Source: Podarcis muralis (lineage: Eukaryota). From it: a stretch of DNA of 64,000 nt. Shown piece by piece: positions 56,501 to 64,000 of this stretch. The position numbers and the translations under genes were made by a program. The stretch is taken from assembly GCF_964188315.1 (NCBI RefSeq), contig NC_135661.1:16554001-16618000 (forward strand), given 5' to 3'. Within the stretch, counting starts at the first letter, position 1, and every line of letters begins with the position of its first letter. Under the pieces are notes generated by a model. It was given only the letters and a program-made list of their open reading frames with translations. It was not told the origin of the DNA and did not search any database.

Positions 56501-59500
56501 CCTCATTTTCCAGTTGTAAATTTGGTTCTGCACATTTCTACAGCAATTTGCACTTTTGAAGGGGAAAAAACCCCCAACAACCCCTAAATTCTCATGAGAA
56601 TTCACCAGTATTTTAGTGTGGATTTCTCCTAACATACCCTTTTTTTTGGGGGGGGGGAATGCAGTTCCCCCTACTATAATGCATTTTTGAATGCTGTTTT
56701 CAGTAAGGTATGCATTTCTATGCAAATCTTCTCCTTAGGGTGTGCATATTTTGCATGCTTTTCTTGCTTGGAGAGCCGCAGTACAAAATTTGGAGAAGTG
56801 CAGATTTCAAAGGCTAATTGTGTTCCAGCTCACGTGTTGCTTTGAGAAGTACGGATTGGGTAGTTTCCTGTTAAAATGCGAACGAAATTGGCTTTCTCCC
56901 ATGCCCTTACTTTGGCATCCCAGTCTTTCTTTGCGCTCTCTCTGCGCAGTACTCTGAAATACAGGAAAAGGTACGCTTGGAGGGCGAGGAAGAGATGCGT
57001 GTGGAAAGTGGGTCTTACGAAGAAGTGCAAATGGAAGAATCGGAAGAGGAGCTCCTTTTTATCAAGCTTCTCAAGTTCCAGAGGATAAACGACGAGCTGT
57101 ACGAAGAGCTGGAGAAAGTGAAATGCAATTATGACATGGCCACAGGTAACTTTGGAAAGCTGAGATGGTTATATATGGAAATGGGTTGGCTAATATTTTC
57201 CTTGGGGAACCAAGAGTCACCCCTTCTGGAGGCAACCTCACATTGTAGGCACTGATTGAAATGGAACTAAGGTGAGGCCACTGAGAAACAAGAGGGAGTT
57301 GTGAGCATGCTCAGTGGAACCCTGAGGTTAGGTGAAATGCAAAACAATCATTTTGGAATCCTAAGCGGGTGACCTCCTCAAGAGCCCAATGAGAGCTGAG
57401 CGTGCCTAGCAACCATGGATTGCTGAGTGTTGGTTGGAAAAAGAAAAGAAAACCAGGGCACAGGGAATGGAATGGAGTTTCCTGGGATTGGGATTGGTTG
57501 TCCATTGGACGAGAACATGCCTGCAAGAAGGCAAAAGCAAAACAGCAACATTGGTTTGCAGGTCCCTCTCTTGTTAATTCAGAGGGTTCGTGCTAGTGGA
57601 GAGTTTCTGGCGATCCATACTGGGTGGCCTCGATCACATTCACGGGCTTTTCTTTTGATTCCCTAGGCGCGATATCTTCCTTGCAAAGGCAGCTATCCTT
57701 TGAGGCATCCCAGCTCAGGAAAGCTCACGCAGAGCGAGAATCATTGCAGAAGGAGCTGAGGGAGCGGGGAGCTCAGCTGGAAGCCATGTCTAATAAAGTA
57801 TGTTGATTGGGGGGTTTACACAGTTCTGCTGGGTTTGGATTGCGGGGAAGGCTGAGAATTCTTGTAATTTTTTAAGGCGTGCTCTTAAATAGCTGAATGC
57901 ATGAGATGGTGAGGAGGGGGCCGTTTCTCAGTGGTTGAGCACCTGCTTTCTGTAAGGAAGGTCTCCACTCCAGGACACTTTTAAAGATGTAGGGAATTCA
58001 AATTAATTTGATGTGAATTTGTTACAAATTAAGAATCGAATGGAAAACAACTACAGAGTGGGAATGATTAAGTTTTTTATATACACAGATGGAGGGAAAT
58101 GAAGGTTTTGTTTCAGAAATAATAATTAATGGGTTAATGTGGATTGATAAACGGATGAGCAATCCTCACTTCATAACATTGGAAATGTTAACTAATGTAC
58201 AAGCAGGAATTGACAAATGAATGGACAAGTACAAAAGGGGGAAATTGTGAATTAGAGATAATTATGAAATATAAGCAGCAATAAGGGTTAAGTATTGGCA
58301 CATCTGGGAAGCCATTATTTATTTATTTTTTAAAAAGTTGTACAGTGATACCTCGGGTTATGAACTTAATTCGTTCTGGAGGTCAGTTCTTAACCTGAAA
58401 CTGTTCTTAACCTGAGGTACCACTTTAGCTAATGGGGCCTCCCACTGCTGCTGCGCAATTTCTGTTCTTATCCTGAAGCAAAGTTCTTAACCCGAGGTAC
58501 TATTTCTGAGTTCGCAGAGTCTGTAACCTGAAGCATCTGTAACCCGAGGTACCACTGTATTAAAGTTGTTTAATTCATTATGGATTTGTAAAAATAGATA
58601 AAAATTAACTGGAGAAAGAAAAGGGATCCAGTTCAATCCCCGCTATCTCCAGATAAGGATTTGGAACAGCCTCCTCTCTGAAACCCTGGACAGCCACTGG
58701 CATTCATGCAGCCAATACTGAGCTAGTTGGACCAGTAGTCTGACTCAGCATAAGATAACTTCCTAGGTCCCTGAGAGGGCTGAGAGAATGGATTGCCCCC
58801 TCTACATGTTTCTAGCAGGTTTGCTGCTAAGATCTTCATGGCCTTATGGTGAGATGGCAGGTCTGTGGCTGGCTGGAGGTTCACGTGGCACTTGGAGGAA
58901 GTTGCCATGTCTTAGTGGTAGAGCATCCGCTTTGCAAGCAGAATTGTCCTGGGTTCAATCCCCAGCATCTCCAGGCAGTGCTGGAAAGGTCCCCAGCCCG
59001 AGATCCTGCAGAGCTGCTGGCAGATGGGAGTAGACATAAGGACGTACCAAGGGCCCTGCTCTTGCATCAGGCCGGTGGTCCATTTTGTCCAGCATCCTGT
59101 TCTCACAGGGGCCAAAATCACAAGAGCACTCCTTCCCTCCTGTGGTTTCCAGCAACTGGTGTTCCAGTAGCATTACTGCCTCCCAACTACGGAGGCAGAG
59201 CATGGCCATTGTGGCTAGGATCCATTGACAGCCTTCTCCATGAATTGGTCTAACCCTAAATAATTGGTTGGCAGCCATCGCTACCTCCTGTGGGAGCGAA
59301 TTCTGCAGTTTAAGTAATCAAGGCAATACTGAGTTAGATGCAGCTGTGCTCTGGCTGAGTCTAAGGAAGCTTCCTGTATTCTTACAGGCTGTACCTTCCA
59401 GCTGGGATTTCCGCCGGGCCGTGAACATACTAAATGGAGTTGTACTAAACAAACATACTAAATGGAGCCCTTCATCATGCTTGCCTTTTTATTTTAGTTT

Positions 59501-62500
59501 AGCAACTTGAGAGAGGAGAGGAAGCACGAAGAAATGATGGGCTCCATCGAGAGAGAGAATTACAATCTCAGGCAGGTGAGTTGCTGCTCCCTGCCAGTAG
59601 GGAGGGCGAATATCTCAGTTTTGGTTTCTCTCATTTTTTCCGGTCTTAAACTTCGCTTCTCCACATTTCCACATCAGTTTGCATTTTTTGTGTGTGTCGG
59701 GGGTGGCGGGGAGTCCTCATGAACTTCCTCAGCATTTCCGTTTGAATTTCTCCTAATATGCCCATTGTTGCATGCATTTTCCTCTAATTTGAGGCATTTT
59801 AAAATTATATTTCCCCATATATATGCATTTGCAGGTGCGCTGCACCCTAGCGTATGCATTTCCCCCCACACCTTACCTGTCTGGGGAACTGCACTGGAAA
59901 ATTTGGGGAAGTGTGAATTTCAGTGGCTGGACTGTGCTTCAGTTCATTTCTTGTTGCAGAAAGTGCAAATCAGGTGGCTTTGCCACTAAATGCAAACTGA
60001 ATCCACAAAGCAGGTTCCTAAGTTCTAATTGTGGGTCTCCAATGTGGTCCCATGGGCACCAGTGTGATTGCCTGTAACTCCTAAGGCACCTGCAAAAGAG
60101 ACTGAGCTTTTCGTGCGCCATTCCTGTTTCTACAACCTCAGCCTCTCTTACATTCAAGCCATTATTCTGTTTTGTTTTTTGCTTTATTAATTACTACATT
60201 TCTATCCCACTTGTCCTCCAAGGAGCCCAAGGTGCTGTATACGTGTCTCCCTCTCTCCACTTTTATCCTACCTTTGAGGTAGGTTAGACTGAGAGATAAT
60301 GATTGGCCCAAGCTGTCCCACGACAGCAGCCATCTTCTGATATGCCGTGCCCCCACAGCAGCCATTTTGCACTCTCCTCTCACATTTCAATTATTGTTGC
60401 GCACAGTGTTTGGCTGGAGAAAAATCCGGCGCAGTGTGGATTTTCAAAGGATAGCTGCGTTTCGGTTTGTTTATTAGTCCGGGAACTGCAAATTAGGTAG
60501 TTTCCCATTAGAAAGCAGACAAAATCCAAACCTCCATCCTTACTCTTAGTTAACAGTTCTATCTTTCTCCTCTCCTGCCACACAGGACCTTGCTGATCTG
60601 GAATCCAAACTAACTGACAAGAGCCAGATGATTGATGACTTGCAGAGCAACGTCAACCGGCTCCAGGCCGAGCTGTTACTGAATCAGCACCATGTTGGGA
60701 ACCAGCTGAGCCGGGAGAACGATCTGCAGAGGCAGCTGGAGATCTTGCAGCGGGCAGAGCTGCAAACCAGAGTCACTCTGGAGAGCATCAGTGCCAGGGT
60801 AATCTTCTCCACAGATCACAGGGCTTCTTCAACCACCACTACTACCACCACTGTTACTGCTGTTAGGTCCTTGTTATTACCGTTATTAACATTTGCATTT
60901 CTTATCGACCCTTTACCACAGCAGTGCAAAAATACGCTACTAAACTCAATTAAAACAAAGGCAGGGCAGTTGGTCCATCTAGCTGAGTATTGTCTACACC
61001 AGGGCTTCCCAAACTTGGATCTCCAGCTGTTTTGGGACCACAGTTCCCATCATCTCTGACCACTGGTACTTCTAGCTAGGGATGATGGGAGCTGTAGTCC
61101 AAAAACAGCTGGAGACCCAAGTTTGGGAAACCCTGGTCTATGTCTACTGGCAGAGGCTCTCCAGGAGTTTTGTGCCCAGTGCAACCTGCCAGGGATTGAA
61201 CCCAAGACCTTCTCTGTTTAATGCATGCTTGCATGCTTACATGCATATGCGCATGTAATGTTATGAACGTACGTTTATGTCTACACACAGGCCCAAAGTA
61301 TTTTCACTAGTACCTCAGGAACAGAACTGAATTCTGTCGGTCTGCAAAACGGCAGCTCCCTGAGTCTGGTGGTTGATGCCCATTGGGGCTGGCAGGGAGG
61401 CAGTACGTGGCACCAGAGCCAGTGACAGCTGCAGCCACTGCCAATGACAAGCAGAGCCAGATCTAGTTTTGACTGCATCCTCCTTCCTGCTGAGTTCCAC
61501 AAGGGCAACACTAGGGCTAAGGAGAAGGAATTGGACAGCCAGGGCCATCCACAGGATGTAAGCAAGAAGGCAGGCAGGTGGGGGGTGAGCTGCTTATTGT
61601 GGGGCTGTACCCCGTTTGCCCCGCTTCCCAGAGTTCCTTGGGGTAAGCCATGCTATTTTAAATGGATAAAAATCTGAATTTAAGTTTCTAGTGCTCTTTG
61701 AGAGATGGAAACAAATTTGAAAATGGCATGAAACATTGCTCTCGCAAATCAGTGACTGAGAATCCTGGCCACTTCTGGAATGTCCCTGTTTCAGGGGTGT
61801 GATTCAGTCGCATGCTGGGAAATCCAGATTGCGCAACTCTGGTGGATTTGGTGCTCTTGTGCAATAAACCCACTTCCGAAAAAACCCAGAGCTTTTGCTG
61901 TAAGGAAAGTGACAGGGATATCCACTGGAAAGTGAGGGATAAGGACTGCTTGGTGCAATGTTGTTCAACCTTCTCCCAAAGAAATCAGAATAAGCAATGG
62001 TCGTACTCGGAATCTTTGTGCACATGTACCAGGACGAATGTAAACAGGTTGCCCAGGGGCAACCTTTGCCTCACTGCATTAGCTTTGATTCTAAGGAATG
62101 ACATTCTCTAATTTTTGAACTAAGGCACTGTCCACTTCATTCCCCCGCCCTTCTTTTCACTGAAAGTTTGAAAGGTTTCGGAGCAGAATCATCCAGGCAA
62201 CTTACAGCACCCCTGGCATCAAGTCTCCCCAGGCCGAAATCACAGACGATGAAGTTTTAGAGTCCTTACAGGTAAAAGTAACCATGTGGAAGTCAGATTG
62301 TCACTGTGGCTGCAATGCAGAAGCAGGATGGGGGAATGGAATAGCTGCCTCCATTTCTAACAGAAAGCTCCTCTGTGGATCTGTCTTCCAGAAAATAATA
62401 ACAGACCGTCTAGACTTTTACCAGTTGCTGAAACAGAAAGGGGTGAAAGTCCCAGCTCTGGGCGCCTCCGAACCGCTCCCTCCAATCCCTACCTCTAAGA

Positions 62501-62520
62501 AAAAGAGTTCCAGCAGATAG
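50586..62520 (+). CDS. CCDC27: Coiled-coil domain-containing protein 27, 613 aa; coding exons 50586-50759, 50931-51057, 52270-52401, 52846-52991, 54242-54421, 55517-55747, 56950-57145, 57667-57797, 59498-59575, 60586-60798, 62167-62271, 62392-62520
   Basis: Twelve GT-AG exons join into an 1842-nt ORF. Segments match recalled human CCDC27: PGCPRYSHRATSTS, RIPWYVSLLQEK, AISSLQRQLSFEASQLRK...LQKELRER, FSNLREERKHEEMMGSIEREN, ERFRSRIIQATYS, IITDRLDFYQLLKQKGVKVP. Confidence 0.9.
58343..58557. mobile_element. Tc1/mariner-type MITE
   Basis: TA-flanked, with termini CAGTGATACCTCGGGTTA / TAACCCGAGGTACCACTG. Confidence 0.88.
61000..61135. mobile_element. Short palindromic hAT-like MITE
   Basis: Termini CAGGGCTTCCCAAACTTGG / CCAAGTTTGGGAAACCCTG; near-complete hairpin with degenerate flanks GTCTACAC/GTCTATGT. 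Confidence 0.8.
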
Positions 62521-62864
62521 AGATTTGAAAGCTAAAGTCTCTCCTCTTCACATTCTTTCCTAACTGGGGCTTGATCCATTCTTGGTCATCTTTTATAATT
62601 CCTTTTCCTGACTCCAATTAAATGATTGCATGTAATGTTTAGTTTCTCTCTCTGACCCACTTGCCGCTTCCTCTTATTTTGCAAGAAACCTGCTCCTACT
62701 AGTGGTGTAAGTTGCTAATAATTTGCATTACCACCGAAGCAGTCATGTCATATCGTCACAATATAGCTTGAAGACTCAGCAGTAGCAACTACTTCCAAAA
62801 CCACGTTATTTATTTTAATTTTATTGCTAGGGGCCTCGTACCTCGTGTTGTGTAGGAATTCTAA

Positions 62865-62865
<1 letters not shown>

Positions 62866-62896
<31 letters not shown>
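62866..62896 (+). repeat. (AC)n microsatellite
   Basis: About 15 AC units downstream of the CCDC27 stop codon. Confidence 0.9.
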
Positions 62897-64000
62897 AGTG
62901 CAGTTTTTAAATCAGTGCTTGAAATCAGTGCAGGGTTCAGTCCTCCATTGTGATTCCAAAGGTGTCTGGCTGTATCCAGACATGGAAGAAAACTTGCTCC
63001 TTGATCTCAGGAACCATCGTGCCAAATTTGTGACAGTACCTTAAGAGGTGGCTAAATGAACAGACAAGCAACTTTCCAAAATATATAGCAGTCTGCATTC
63101 ATGGCATAACCTTGTGGCAAGAAATTCTGTAAGTTTTAACTGTGCATCAATCTGACGCAAGTGTAAAAATTGCTCAGGAGTAACTGTTCAGATGAGATAT
63201 ATTTATAGGGTTGTATCCAGTTAAATCCTAATCGGAGCGGACCCACTGAAACGAATGGATCTGTTAGTCATATCCATTAATTTCAGTGAGTCTGCTATTG
63301 AGTAGGACTAACGTTGGGTCCCACCCTTGACATTGATGGAATAAATATCAATAGGAGGCCAGGTCATTATCTGTGTTCAGTAAGGCACAAATAAATGCAC
63401 ATTTCCTCTATTCCGTGACAAGAAACACACATTTCAGCCTTCCGGATTCTTAATTGGTGCCCAGATCCAAACATCAACAAAAACCACTGCCACCCCACTT
63501 GGGAACCCTCATGCAAAGTTTGGTGGCAATATCTCAGGAGGCAGTATGAACTCATGCCAAAAAATGGGTGAAGGCATACCCAAAATGTTTCAGTACGCTA
63601 TGGTAATTCCAAATGGCGCCTGGAGTTCAAACATCAATGCATGCCTCATCTTAGAAACCTTCGTCCCAAGGTTGGCAATGGTATTTCGAGAGGTGGCCAA
63701 ACCTATCCCAGAAAACAGGAAAAGTCACGCCAAAGTGATGTTTCGTTCTGCCACCTTGAATCAAAATGGCGCACAGCATCCAAGCATTAATGTAGACAGC
63801 TGTCCCCACCTCTGAACAAACTATATTTCCTTTGTTGTTTTGAAAATAAAGTATATTAAATAATAAAAGTATTAATAAAGTTTAATAAATATCTTTTTAA
63901 AAAAACTGCATTTCCCTGGATTCTTGGGGAGAGAAACTGTGATTGTTTTAAATGATATAATACTGCTTCAGCTGGGACCTAGGAAATGAGTGATGTTTTA

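Noticed and set aside
63546-63815. 89-aa ORF after CCDC27
   Set aside because: No splice context or recognisable domain, and its length is within chance expectation.

Overview
Vertebrate genomic DNA from a squamate, probably a lacertid lizard (inferred from abundant Sauria SINEs, lizard-type L1/CR1/Rex1 fragments and Tc1/hAT MITEs). Gene models were assembled by hand from GT-AG sites and exon phases. (1) The 3' part of a mucin-like gene with Pro/Thr/Ser-rich exons and one terminal WxxW (CysD) domain (71-5686, +). (2) Two convergent paralogous BTB-BACK-Kelch genes with identical exon architecture (9746-13830 +, 605 aa; 18359-27731 -, 643 aa). (3) A recent DNA-level partial duplicate of the first Kelch gene carrying a templated frameshift (40819-42216). 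(4) A candidate unrecognised spliced gene (~36020-45114, +). (5) MRPS16 (45641-47973, -) head-to-head with CCDC27 (50586-62520, +) across a CpG-island promoter. The most unusual signals are two inverted copies of a ~1.9 kb ORF1-only (HAL1-like) L1 derivative with an intact 209-aa ORF, an orphan L1 promoter fragment that may drive a spliced transcript, a Sauria SINE with a 5' inversion, and several splice acceptors fed by repeat sequence. No database search was possible. Gene names come from recalled protein similarity, and repeat boundaries are hand-counted and may be off by a few bases. There is one assembly gap (16275-16415).
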